Positions 1 through 9,292 of a stretch of 49,016 bases of DNA are shown one piece after another. This DNA comes from Thermoleophilaceae bacterium. Its GTDB lineage: Bacteria > Actinomycetota > Thermoleophilia > Solirubrobacterales > Thermoleophilaceae. A program made the position numbers and the translations under genes. How positions within the stretch are numbered: position 1 is the stretch's first letter; each line of letters starts with the position of its first letter. The notes below the pieces were generated by a model. That model worked only from the letters and a program-made list of their open reading frames with translations, did no database searches and was not told the DNA's origin. The stretch is taken from assembly GCA_013698335.1 (NCBI GenBank), contig JACCVG010000205.1:1-49016 (forward strand), given 5' to 3'.

Positions 1-822
1 GGGATCGACCTCGCGCTGGCCAACAAGGAGAGCCTGGTCGTCGGCGGAGAGCTCGTGATGGCGCTTGCGGAGGCGACCGGGGCGAGCGTGATCCCTGTCG
101 ATTCCGAGCATTCTGCGCTCCTTCAGCTGATCGGCGCCGAGCGTCGACCAGGAACGATCGACAAGCTCGTTCTGACGGCATCGGGCGGCCCGTTCAGGGG
201 TCGTACCACCGCTGAGTTGACCGACGTGACGATCGAGCAGGCGCTGGCCCACCCGACCTGGGCGATGGGCGGCAAGATCTCGATCGACTCCGCGACGCTG
301 ATGAACAAGGGGCTCGAGCTGATCGAGGCCCATCACCTGTTCGGCGTGCCGCTTGAGCAGATCGACGTCGTCGTCCACCCGCAGTCGATAGTCCACTCAC
401 TTGTCGCGCTCAACGACGGCGCCGCGCTCGCCCACATGGGCCTGCCTGACATGCGCGTTCCGATCTCCTTCGCGCTGCACCACCCCGAGCGAGCCGACGT
501 CGATGTTCCATCACTCGATCTCGCTGCGATCGGCGAGCTGACCTTCGAGCAGCCGGACGTTGCGACCTTCGGCTGTCTGCGCCTTGCCCGCGAGGCGGCG
601 GCGGCGGGCGGAACAGCGCCCTGCGTGCTGAACGCCGCGAACGAGGTGGCGGTCGCCGCGTTCCTCGGCGGTGCGCTGCCGTTCAACGGGATCGCCGAGC
701 TGATCGAACGGGTGCTCGACGAGATCCCGGCCGAGCCGGTCGGGCACTTCTCGGACCTCTACCGAACGGACTCGGTCGCACGCGAGCGCTCCGAGGCCCT
801 GCTCGGCGCGGTGGCGAGCTAG
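1..822 (+). CDS. dxr: 1-deoxy-D-xylulose 5-phosphate reductoisomerase, C-terminal part (5-prime end lies outside the window)
   Basis: Frame 1 is open from base 1 (GIDLALANKESLVVGGELVM...). Dxr signatures are present: LANKE, PVDSEHSAL, HPQSIVHS and NAANEVAV. Stop at 820-822. It is followed by rseP, as in the actinobacterial dxr-rseP-ispG cluster. Confidence 0.92.
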   Translation, partial: GIDLALANKESLVVGGELVMALAEATGASVIPVDSEHSALLQLIGAERRPGTIDKLVLTASGGPFRGRTTAELTDVTIEQALAHPTWAMGGKISIDSATLMNKGLELIEAHHLFGVPLEQIDVVVHPQSIVHSLVALNDGAALAHMGLPDMRVPISFALHHPERADVDVPSLDLAAIGELTFEQPDVATFGCLRLAREAAAAGGTAPCVLNAANEVAVAAFLGGALPFNGIAELIERVLDEIPAEPVGHFSDLYRTDSVARERSEALLGAVAS

Positions 823-825
823 CCG

Positions 826-1932
826 ATGCTCGCATTCCTGAGTGGTCTGGTGCCGTGGGTGCTCGCCTTCATCGGGTTCGCCTCGCTCGTAGTCCTCCAC
901 GAGGCGGGCCACTTCGCGGCCGCCAAGGCGGTCGGGATGCGGGTCGAGCGGTTCGCGCTGTTCTTCCCGCCGCTCATCTTCCGCAAGCAGATCGGCGAGA
1001 CCGAGTACGCGATCGGTGCCGTCCCGCTGGGCGGCTACGTGCGGATCAGCGGGATGAGTCCCGCCGAGGATCTCCCGGAGGACGTCCGCGACCGCGCCTA
1101 CCACGCGCAGCCCGTCTGGAAGCGGATCGTCGTCATCGCCGCGGGCCCGCTGGTCAACCTCGTGATCGGCGTCGTCCTATTGATCGCGTTCCTGTGGCTG
1201 ATCGGGCCTCCTACCGCGATCTCCGACCGGGTCGACGAGGTCGTGCCAGGCAGCCCGGCCGCGGGCGTGATCGAGCCCGGCGATCGTCTGGTCTCGGTTG
1301 ACGGAGTTAGGTGGAGCCCGCAGACGCTCTCGGCGGTGATCGATGGTCATCGGTGCCCGCTCGCCGTTCCGCTACAGAACTGCCGCGCCGCCGAGCCCGC
1401 CGAGCTCGTCATCGAGCGCGCGGACGGGAGCCGCAAGGAGATCGAGCTCACGCCGACCTATGACGCGGTCACCGAGCGCAACCGAGTGGGGTTCCGTTAC
1501 GGCCTCGACCGCGAGCCGATCGCTTTCGGCCCCGCCGTGATCCGCGGGCTGGATGCATCCGTCCGCTTGGCGCGCCTGACAGTCGAGCTCCCCGCGCGGC
1601 TGTTCGACCCGGTCCAGCGCGCCCAGATCACCGGCGTCGTCGGCTCGTATGAGACGACGCGCCAGGCGATCATCAAGGCACCGGGTGACGTCGTCTTCAT
1701 TCTCGCCGTCATCAGTCTCTCGCTGGCGATCATCAACCTGTTCCCGTTCCTGCCGCTCGACGGCGGCCATATCTTCTGGGCGATCGTCGAGAAGATCCGC
1801 CACAAGCCGGTTCCGCTCGCAACGATGGAGCGCGCGGGCGTGATCGGAATCATGCTCCTGATCCCACTCTTTATGATCGGCTTCTACAACGACGTCGGCC
1901 GGCTGATGGGAGAGGGCTTCAGCCTGCGGTAG
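826..1932 (+). CDS. rseP: Site-2 / RIP zinc metalloprotease (M50 family, RseP/Rip1-like) with a PDZ domain
   Basis: HEAGH zinc motif sits in the first TM helix. A central PDZ-like segment is present (VVPGSPAAGVIEPGDRLVSVDG). The C-terminal NLFPFLPLDGGH motif is present. ATG lies 3 nt after the dxr stop. Confidence 0.88.
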   Translation: MLAFLSGLVPWVLAFIGFASLVVLHEAGHFAAAKAVGMRVERFALFFPPLIFRKQIGETEYAIGAVPLGGYVRISGMSPAEDLPEDVRDRAYHAQPVWKRIVVIAAGPLVNLVIGVVLLIAFLWLIGPPTAISDRVDEVVPGSPAAGVIEPGDRLVSVDGVRWSPQTLSAVIDGHRCPLAVPLQNCRAAEPAELVIERADGSRKEIELTPTYDAVTERNRVGFRYGLDREPIAFGPAVIRGLDASVRLARLTVELPARLFDPVQRAQITGVVGSYETTRQAIIKAPGDVVFILAVISLSLAIINLFPFLPLDGGHIFWAIVEKIRHKPVPLATMERAGVIGIMLLIPLFMIGFYNDVGRLMGEGFSLR

Positions 1933-1971
1933 GGTCGCAGCGAGGGTCCCGGCGGTCGAAGGAGGAGCGTG

Positions 1972-3774
1972 ATGGAAGCGAGTACGACGAGTGATGGTCG
2001 CTCAGCGATCGAGGCCGACACGATCGGTGAGGCGCTCGACCTGACGGCCGAGCGGTTCGGCGAGCGAACCGCGTTCAAGGCCAGGGACGGCAGCCTCGAG
2101 CTGACGTGGACCGAGGCCCGGGCGCGGATCGACGCAATCGCGGGCGGGCTCCGTCAATTGGACATCGGGCCAGGGGACTGCGTCGCCCTGATGTTCGGCA
2201 ACCGCCCCGAGTTCCACATCTGCGATCTGGCTGCCGTGACCGTCGGCGCAACCCCGTTTTCGATCTACCAGACCTACGCGCCCGGCCAGATCGAGTACGT
2301 CTGCTCCGATTCCGCCGCGCGGGTCGGAATGGTCGAGCAGGCTTACCTGGCCAACTTCCTCGAGGCGCGCAAGAACCTCCCCGACCTCGAGCACCTGATC
2401 GTGATCGACGGGGGCGCTCCCGAGGGCACCATCTCCCTGGCCGAGCTCGAAGCGATGGACCCGAGCTTCGACGGCCGTGCGGCGCGCGCGGAGATCAAGC
2501 CCGACGACATCCTCACCTTGATCTACACCTCGGGCACGACCGGTCCGCCGAAGGGCGTCCAGCTCTCACACCGCAACATGTTCAGCCTCGTGAAGGGCGT
2601 CAAGGAGGTCGTCCACATGCCCGAGGGGCTGAGCGTCATCTCGTGGCTGCCGAGCGCGCACATCGCCGAGCGCGGCGCCCATCACTACCTGCCGCTCGTG
2701 TTCGGTGGCACGGTCCACTGCTGCGACGACGGTCGCAAAATCATGGAGTACCTCCCCGAGGTCCGCCCGGAGTGGTTCTTCGCCGTCCCGCGGATCTGGG
2801 AGAAGCTCAAGGCGGGCCTGGAGACGACGATCGCCGCCCAGGAAGGGGAGGCGCGCGAGAAGGCCGAGGGAGCGTTGCGGGCAGCGATCCAGAAGGTCCG
2901 CCTCGAGCAGGCCGGCGAGCCGGTCCCCGAAGAGCTCGCCGCGACGGTCGCGGCCGCCGACGCAGCGATGTTCGTCCACCTGCGCAAACAGCTCGGTTTG
3001 GATCGCGCGCTGACGGTCAACGTCGGCGCGGCCCCCACGCCGGTCGAGGTGCTCGAGTTCTTCCACGCGATCGGAATCGAGCTGGCCGAGCTCTGGGGGA
3101 TGTCTGAGACTTCCGGGGTCGCGACCTGCAACCGGCCCGGCGAGGTCAAGATCGGCACCGTCGGCCCGGTTATTCCCGGGATGGAGATCAAGCTCGCCGA
3201 GGACGGCGAGGTGCTCGTCCGGGGCGGCTCGATCATGGTCGGCTACCGCAACCTCCCGGAGAAGACCGCCGAGACGATCGACGCCGACGGCTGGCTGCTG
3301 ACCGGCGACATCGGGGAAATCGATGAGGACGGCTTCCTCAGGATCGTCGACCGCAAGAAGGAACCGATCATCAACGCGGCCGGCAAGAACATGTCGCCGG
3401 CGAACATCGAGGCCGCGATCAAGACCGCCAGCCCGCTGATCGGCCAGGCCTGCGCGATCGGCGATGCCCGTTCCTACAACACCGCGTTGATCGTTCTCGA
3501 CCCGGACTTCGCCCCCGCTTGGGCCGCGAAACAGGGGATCGAGGTTGGCTCGCTGGAGGGGTTGGCGACGCAAGAGTCGGTGATCGCGGCGGTGCAGGCC
3601 GGGATCGACGAGGCGAACGACAAGCTCGCCCGCGTCGAGCAGATCAAGAAGTTCACGATCGTCAAGGGAGACTGGGCGCCGGGTGGCGATGAGCTGACCC
3701 CGACGATGAAGCTCAAGCGCAAGCCGATCGGGGAGAAGTACGAGGCGGAGATCGAGTCGATGTACTCGAAGTGA
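1972..3774 (+). CDS. Long-chain-fatty-acid--CoA ligase (AMP-forming, FadD-type)
   Basis: AMP-binding signature YTSGTTGPPKGV is present. Also present: LTGDIGEIDEDGFLRIVDRKKE and the C-terminal TPTMKLKRK. GGAGGAG Shine-Dalgarno at 1961-1967 favours ATG 1972 over the GTG at 1969 listed in the ORF track. Confidence 0.85.
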   Translation: MEASTTSDGRSAIEADTIGEALDLTAERFGERTAFKARDGSLELTWTEARARIDAIAGGLRQLDIGPGDCVALMFGNRPEFHICDLAAVTVGATPFSIYQTYAPGQIEYVCSDSAARVGMVEQAYLANFLEARKNLPDLEHLIVIDGGAPEGTISLAELEAMDPSFDGRAARAEIKPDDILTLIYTSGTTGPPKGVQLSHRNMFSLVKGVKEVVHMPEGLSVISWLPSAHIAERGAHHYLPLVFGGTVHCCDDGRKIMEYLPEVRPEWFFAVPRIWEKLKAGLETTIAAQEGEAREKAEGALRAAIQKVRLEQAGEPVPEELAATVAAADAAMFVHLRKQLGLDRALTVNVGAAPTPVEVLEFFHAIGIELAELWGMSETSGVATCNRPGEVKIGTVGPVIPGMEIKLAEDGEVLVRGGSIMVGYRNLPEKTAETIDADGWLLTGDIGEIDEDGFLRIVDRKKEPIINAAGKNMSPANIEAAIKTASPLIGQACAIGDARSYNTALIVLDPDFAPAWAAKQGIEVGSLEGLATQESVIAAVQAGIDEANDKLARVEQIKKFTIVKGDWAPGGDELTPTMKLKRKPIGEKYEAEIESMYSK

Positions 3775-3786
3775 ACGTGCGGAGAG

Positions 3787-3808
3787 GCTGAGCCGGCCGG
3801 CGCTCAGC
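3787..3808. terminator. Short GC hairpin in the 29-nt convergent spacer (possible bidirectional terminator)
   Basis: GCTGAGC (3787-3793) pairs with GCTCAGC (3802-3808) around an 8-nt loop. The right arm overlaps the stop codon of the minus-strand gene. There is no U-tract. Confidence 0.3.
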
Positions 3809-4553
3809 GGTAGTCGGGGTTCTCGAAGTCGAAGCGGCAGCCGGCGTCCCACTTGTCTCGCTGATTGCCGTGTGCGGGGATGCCGCCAGCGTCCTTGATC
3901 ATGCGGGCCATGTGCATCAGGTTCCAGGTCATGAACGTGGTGTTGCGGTTGGTGAAGTCATTCTCGGGACCGCCGGAGCCGGGGTCGAGGTAGCTCGGCC
4001 CCGGACCGACCTCGCCGATCCAGCTGGAGTCGGCCTGGGGCGGGATCACGTAGCCGAGGTGCTGGAGCGAGTAGAGAATGTTCATGGCACAGTGCTTGGC
4101 GCCGTCCTCGTTGCCGGTGATCAGACAGCCGCCGACACGCCCGTAGTAGGCGTACTGGCCCGCGTCGTTCAGCTGGGCGCTGTTGCCGTAGAGCCGCTCG
4201 ATCACATGGTTACAGACCGATGACTTCTCGCCCAGCCAGATCGGCGAGAGCAAAACGAGGATCTCGGCGTTTTGGACCTTCTCGAAGATCGCCGGCCAGT
4301 CGTCGCGGTCCCAGCCGTGCTCGGTCATGTCGGGCTGGACACCGACCGCGATCTGATGATCGACGGCGCGCACGACCTCGACCGCGACGCCATTGCGCTC
4401 CATGATCCCGATTGCGATGTCAGCCAGCGCCTGCGTGTTGGAGATGTCGGGGGAGCGCTTCAGCGAGCAGTTGATGAACAGCGCGCTGAGGTCCGAGAAG
4501 TCCCAGGTCGCGACTTCGCTCAGCGCGTCGGTTCTGCTCTCAGAGTCGGTCAT
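3804..4553 (-). CDS. Flavodoxin-like fold NAD(P)H-dependent FMN reductase family protein
   Basis: The product starts MTDSESRTDAL...FINCSLKRSP. It then has LVLLSPIWLGEKSS and LITGNEDGAKHC, typical of the flavodoxin-like / NADPH-dependent FMN reductase fold. The ATG at 4553 was verified as cat at 4551-4553. The upstream 151 codons of the 400-aa ORF are Ser/Arg/Pro junk antisense to the neighbouring gene. Confidence 0.65.
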   Translation of the reverse strand: MTDSESRTDALSEVATWDFSDLSALFINCSLKRSPDISNTQALADIAIGIMERNGVAVEVVRAVDHQIAVGVQPDMTEHGWDRDDWPAIFEKVQNAEILVLLSPIWLGEKSSVCNHVIERLYGNSAQLNDAGQYAYYGRVGGCLITGNEDGAKHCAMNILYSLQHLGYVIPPQADSSWIGEVGPGPSYLDPGSGGPENDFTNRNTTFMTWNLMHMARMIKDAGGIPAHGNQRDKWDAGCRFDFENPDYR

Positions 4554-4608
4554 CGTTCGTGGGCTACTGTGCCAGATCTGATGCCCGACGCGGGGAAGGA
4601 TCGGCCTG

Positions 4609-6192
4609 ATGCGAACTGACATGTTGTGGTCGGGGTGGGGCGACCCGGCGGAGGCCACGGCACTTGGACCGGAGGTGGGCGACCTGTTGCGCGAGGCACT
4701 GGGCGTGAAGGCGCCGACACCGGCCCTCTCGCGTGAGGAGGTGCGGCTGGCGGATTCGCGCTTGGAGGACTCTGCGCGCGAGCGGCTCGGGGCGGTTACC
4801 GGAGAGGAACACCTGCGCGAGGACGCCGACTCGCGCCTGCTGCACACGCGTGGGAAGTCGATGCCCGATCTGCTGCGAATCCGCTCTGGACAGACGGACG
4901 ACGCGCCCGATGCCGTGCTCCTTCCCGGGTCGCATGAGGAGGTGCTCGAGTTGCTTCGCGTTTGCGGCGAGGACCGAATCGCGGTCGTACCCTTCGGCGG
5001 CGGCACCTCGGTGGTCGGGGGCCTGGAGCCTCGTCGCGCGGGTTTCGCCGCGGTGGTCGCGCTAGACCTGCGGCGACTCGACCGCCTGCTGGAGCTGGAC
5101 GAGGTCTCGCGGACGGCAACCTTCGAGCCGGGCCTTCGCGGGCCCGATGCCGAGCGGCTGCTCGGCGAGCGCGGCTACACGATCGGGCATCACCCGCAGT
5201 CCTTCCTGTTCGCGACGATCGGCGGCTTCGCCGCCGCCCGCTCAAGCGGCCAGGCGTCCGCCGGCTACGGGCGCTTCGACGAACGCGTCGTCGGCCTACG
5301 GATTGCTACGCCGCGCGGGACGGTGGACCTCGGCCGGGCGCCGAAGTCGGCGGCGGGGCCGGACCTGCGCCAGCTGTTCCTCGGTTCCGAGGGCGCGTTC
5401 GGGGTGATCACCGCGGTGCGGGTCGAGGTCCGTCCCGCGCCCCCGGTGTGCATCTACGAGGGCTGGCGCTTCGCCTCGTTCGCCGACGGGGTGGCCGCCC
5501 TGCGGCGGTTGATCCAGGACGGTCCGGTGCCGACGGTGCTGCGCCTGTCCGACGAGGCTGAGACTGCCCTGAACCTCGCGCGACCCCAGGATTTCGGCGC
5601 GGGGAATGCTGGGGGGTGCCTCGGCATCGCGGGCTACGAGGGAACGGAGGAGGACGTTGAGGCGCGGCGCGACGGCGCGGCAGACGTGCTGCGCGAGCTC
5701 GGCGCGGAGCTCGACGCCGAGGCGGGTGAGAGCTGGGAGCGCGGTCGCTACAAGGGCCCATACCTGCGCGACGCGCTGCTCGATGCCGGGGCGCTCGCGG
5801 AAACGCTGGAGACGACGACCTTCTGGTCCGGGCTTGACGGGCTCTATGCGAGCGTCGGCGGGGCGCTGCGCGAGACGCTGACGCGCCTCGGCACCCCGCC
5901 GGTCGTGCTCTGCCACATCTCGCACGTCTATCCGTCGGGCGCGTCGCTCTACTTCACGGTCGGCGCGGCACAGCTCGAAGACCCGCTCGCGCAGTGGCGA
6001 GCGGCGAAGGCCGCCGCGAACGACGCGATCATCGCCGCGGGCGGATCGATCACCCACCACCACGGCGTCGGGACCGACCACCGCGAGCACTTCGCGCAGG
6101 AGATCGGTGACCTGGGCGTCGAGACGCTGCGCGCCGTCAAGGCGACGCTCGACCCCGATGGGATCCTCAACCCCGGCGTACTGATCGGATGA
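4609..6192 (+). CDS. FAD-linked oxidase, alkyldihydroxyacetonephosphate-synthase-like
   Basis: The N-terminal WSGWGD motif is typical of AGPS-like proteins. An FAD-binding PCMH-type segment is present (VVPFGGGTSVVGG). The C-terminal HHHGVGTDH and LDPDGILNPGVL match FAD-linked oxidases. GGGGAAGGA Shine-Dalgarno lies 8 nt upstream of ATG 4609. Confidence 0.75.
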   Translation: MRTDMLWSGWGDPAEATALGPEVGDLLREALGVKAPTPALSREEVRLADSRLEDSARERLGAVTGEEHLREDADSRLLHTRGKSMPDLLRIRSGQTDDAPDAVLLPGSHEEVLELLRVCGEDRIAVVPFGGGTSVVGGLEPRRAGFAAVVALDLRRLDRLLELDEVSRTATFEPGLRGPDAERLLGERGYTIGHHPQSFLFATIGGFAAARSSGQASAGYGRFDERVVGLRIATPRGTVDLGRAPKSAAGPDLRQLFLGSEGAFGVITAVRVEVRPAPPVCIYEGWRFASFADGVAALRRLIQDGPVPTVLRLSDEAETALNLARPQDFGAGNAGGCLGIAGYEGTEEDVEARRDGAADVLRELGAELDAEAGESWERGRYKGPYLRDALLDAGALAETLETTTFWSGLDGLYASVGGALRETLTRLGTPPVVLCHISHVYPSGASLYFTVGAAQLEDPLAQWRAAKAAANDAIIAAGGSITHHHGVGTDHREHFAQEIGDLGVETLRAVKATLDPDGILNPGVLIG

Positions 6193-6225
6193 CAGAGCAA
6201 CAGCCCCCGGTACCCTGGACAGACC

Positions 6226-7524
6226 ATGGCATCCAAGAACCAGATCGACGTCGGTGGCGTGAAGATCGGCGGCGGCGCCCCGGTCGTCGTCCAGTCGATG
6301 ACCAAGACCGAGACCGCCGACTATGAGGCGACGATGACCCAGATCCGCGCGATCGCGGACGCGGGCGGAGACATCGTTCGCGTCGCCGTCCCGCGCGACA
6401 AGGACATCGACGCGCTGAAGCGGATCGTCGTCGAATCACCGATCCCGGTGATCGCCGACATCCACTTCAACCACACCCTCGCGCTCAAGGCGATCGACGC
6501 CGGTGCCCATTGCATCCGGCTCAACCCCGGCAACATCGGGGGACCCGAGAAAGTCGCCGAGGTCGCTGCGCGGGCCAACGCCGCGGGAACTCCGATGCGG
6601 ATCGGCGTCAACTCCGGCTCGTTGCCCAAGCACCTGCACGGGCTCGAGAAGGAGAACTCGGTCGAGGCGCTTGTGACCGCGGCGGTCGAGTTCGTCGAGC
6701 TGATGGAGCGCTGTGACTTCACCAACTTCAAGGTCTCGATCAAGTCGACGAGTGTGCCGAACACGATCGCGTCCAACAGGCTGCTCGCCCAGAAGATCGA
6801 CTACCCGCTGCACCTCGGCATTACCGAGGCCGGGACGAAGTGGTCGGGATCGCTGAAGTCGGCCGTCGGTCTCGGGACACTGCTCGCCGACGGAGTGGGG
6901 GACACGATCCGGATCTCGCTCTCGACCTTCCACGCCGAGGAGGAGGTCAAGGTCGCCTGGGAGATCCTCAAGGCGCTCAAGCTCCGTGAGCGCGGCCCGG
7001 TGCTGATCGCCTGCCCGACCTGCGGGCGGCTGCAGTTCGACATGGACACGGTGGTCGCCGAGATCGAACAGCGGCTCGAATCCTACGGCGAGCCGATCGA
7101 GGTGGCCGTCCTCGGTTGCGCGGTAAACGGAATCGGCGAGGCCTCGCACGCGGACTTCGGGATCACCGGAGCAAAGAACGAAGGGCTGATCTTCGCCCAC
7201 GGGGAACCGCTGCGGAAGGTGCCCCAGGACCGGCTGGTGGAGGAGCTGTTCGCCGAGATCGACAAGTCGCTCGCGGCCGGCAAGACGATCGTCGACGCAA
7301 ACGAGGCCGCGGTCGGGGCGGAGTGGCTCGCCAAGATCGAGGAGGAGAACGCGGGTGAGATGACTCCCGAGCGGATCGCAGCGCTGGAAGCGGCAGCGGC
7401 GGCCGCAGAGTCCCTCGACCAGGGCGAGGCGCTGCCGATGGCTAGCGCGAAGCCCGAGCGCCGCGCGATCAGCCTCGACGAGGACGCCTCGCCGACGGCC
7501 GGTCGCCGCTTCACGCGCGCCTGA
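6226..7524 (+). CDS. ispG: 4-hydroxy-3-methylbut-2-en-1-yl diphosphate synthase (flavodoxin) with a C-terminal Ala/Glu-rich extension
   Basis: IspG signatures are present: VGGVKIGGGAPVVVQSMT, RVAVP, ADIHF, IRLNPGNIG and GITEAG. The 4Fe-4S cysteines are CPTCGR...GCAVNG. Confidence 0.92.
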   Translation: MASKNQIDVGGVKIGGGAPVVVQSMTKTETADYEATMTQIRAIADAGGDIVRVAVPRDKDIDALKRIVVESPIPVIADIHFNHTLALKAIDAGAHCIRLNPGNIGGPEKVAEVAARANAAGTPMRIGVNSGSLPKHLHGLEKENSVEALVTAAVEFVELMERCDFTNFKVSIKSTSVPNTIASNRLLAQKIDYPLHLGITEAGTKWSGSLKSAVGLGTLLADGVGDTIRISLSTFHAEEEVKVAWEILKALKLRERGPVLIACPTCGRLQFDMDTVVAEIEQRLESYGEPIEVAVLGCAVNGIGEASHADFGITGAKNEGLIFAHGEPLRKVPQDRLVEELFAEIDKSLAAGKTIVDANEAAVGAEWLAKIEEENAGEMTPERIAALEAAAAAAESLDQGEALPMASAKPERRAISLDEDASPTAGRRFTRA

Positions 7525-7559
7525 CCCGCCCGCCGGGTCGCCAATACACTCGCGCCTCG

Positions 7560-9260
7560 ATGACGCGGCTTTCCGACTACTTCCTGCCGACGCTCAAGGA
7601 CCCGCCCGCCGACGCGGAGGCGATCTCCCACCAGCTGCTCGTCCGCGCCGGGATGGTGCGCCAGCTCGGCGCGGGCCTGTGGACCTACTTGCCCGCGGGT
7701 TGGCGCGTCCACCGCAAGATCGAGGCGATCCTCCGCGAGGAGATGGACGCGATCGGCGCACAGGAGATGCTCGCGCCCGTTCTACAGCCTGCCGAACACT
7801 GGGAGAAGACCGGCCGCTACGCGATCGACGAGCTGTTCAAGCTCGAGGACCGGCGCGGCGCGCCGATGGTGCTCGCGATGACCCATGAGGAGGCGCTTAC
7901 ATCGCACGTCGCCCGTGACGTCCGGTCCTACCGCGACCTCCCGGTGATGCTCTACCAGTTCCAGGTTAAGGAGCGCGACGAGCCACGGCCTCGCGCCGGC
8001 GTCCTGCGAACGCGCGAGTTCATCATGAAGGACGCCTACAGCTTCGATCGCGATCAGGACGGCCTGGAGGCCTCCTACGCCCGTCAGAGCGAGGCCTACG
8101 AGCGAATCTTCGAACGATGCGGTCTGGAGTGGTACAGGGTCGAGTCAGACGTCGGGATGATGGGCGGCTCGGGGGCGCATGAGTTCATGGCGCCCTGTGC
8201 GGCGGGAGAAAACGACGTCGCGCTGAGCGATGCCGGCTATGCGGCCAATGTCGAAGTCGCCTGCGCGACCGCCAGCCCGATCGAGGAGCTGCCGGAACCG
8301 CTTGCCGCGCCCGAGCCCGTCGCAACCCCTGGCGCGCGGAGCATCGACGAGGTGTCCGCGCTGCTCGATGTGCCGCGTGGAGCACTGATCAAGTCGATGC
8401 CGATGATCGTGGGCGAGGAGGAGCGCCCGCTGCTCTGTCTGCTGCGGGGCGATCACAGCCTCAACGAGATCAAGCTGCGCAATGCCTTAGGCGCGGCTGT
8501 TCGGCAGGCGCGTCAGGAGGAGATCGGCGAGCGCTTCGGCTCTCCGGTCGGTTTCGTGGGTCCGATCGGGAGTCCGGCCGGCGTTCTGGCCGACGAGGCG
8601 CTGCGCGGGATGAGCGGGATGGTCGCCGGGGCCAACCGCGCCGATACTCACCTGCTCGGAGTGGATCTCGAGCGCGACCTGAGCGCCGACTGGGCGGACT
8701 TCCGGACGGTCGAGGTGGGCGATTGCTGCCCCGCGGGCGCGGAGATCAGGATCGAGCCCGCGATTGAGGTCGGCAACATCTTCAAGCTCGGGACCCGTTA
8801 CTCCAAGCCCCTCGGAGCAACGTTCCTCGATGAGGACGGCGCCGAGCAGACGATCGTGATGGGATCCTATGGAATCGGCCCCGCACGGATCTTGGCGGCT
8901 GCGGTCGAGCAGTTCGCCGATGACGCCGGGATCTGCTGGCCCCGGGCGATCGCGCCGTTCGACATCGAGATCGTCGCGCTGGGCAAGGGCGACGAGGAGG
9001 TCGCGAAGGTCGCAAACGACCTCTACGAGGATCTCCGGGCGCTCGGGCTCGACGTGCTCTACGACGATCGCGAGGCGAGCCCAGGGCAGAAGTTCGCCGA
9101 CGCCGAGCTGCTCGGGTGCCCGTTGCGCGCGACGATCGGCCGCCGCGGCCTCGAGGCGGGGGAGCTCGAACTTCAGGTGCGCCGCGGCCTCGAGCAGAGC
9201 GCGCTGGCGCTCGACGGCGCCGCGCAGGAGATCCTGGAGCGGTGGCAGAGCCTCGCCTGA
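7560..9260 (+). CDS. proS: Proline--tRNA ligase, bacterial type with INS editing domain
   Basis: MTRLSDYFLPTLKDPPADAEAISHQLLVRAGMVRQ matches the ProRS N-terminus. The class II motif ERDEPRPRAGVLRTREFIMKDAYSF is present. The 566-aa length is consistent with an inserted editing domain. Confidence 0.93.
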   Translation: MTRLSDYFLPTLKDPPADAEAISHQLLVRAGMVRQLGAGLWTYLPAGWRVHRKIEAILREEMDAIGAQEMLAPVLQPAEHWEKTGRYAIDELFKLEDRRGAPMVLAMTHEEALTSHVARDVRSYRDLPVMLYQFQVKERDEPRPRAGVLRTREFIMKDAYSFDRDQDGLEASYARQSEAYERIFERCGLEWYRVESDVGMMGGSGAHEFMAPCAAGENDVALSDAGYAANVEVACATASPIEELPEPLAAPEPVATPGARSIDEVSALLDVPRGALIKSMPMIVGEEERPLLCLLRGDHSLNEIKLRNALGAAVRQARQEEIGERFGSPVGFVGPIGSPAGVLADEALRGMSGMVAGANRADTHLLGVDLERDLSADWADFRTVEVGDCCPAGAEIRIEPAIEVGNIFKLGTRYSKPLGATFLDEDGAEQTIVMGSYGIGPARILAAAVEQFADDAGICWPRAIAPFDIEIVALGKGDEEVAKVANDLYEDLRALGLDVLYDDREASPGQKFADAELLGCPLRATIGRRGLEAGELELQVRRGLEQSALALDGAAQEILERWQSLA

Positions 9261-9292
9261 CCTTCCGTCGTCTCGTCGGCCTCGACCGATCG

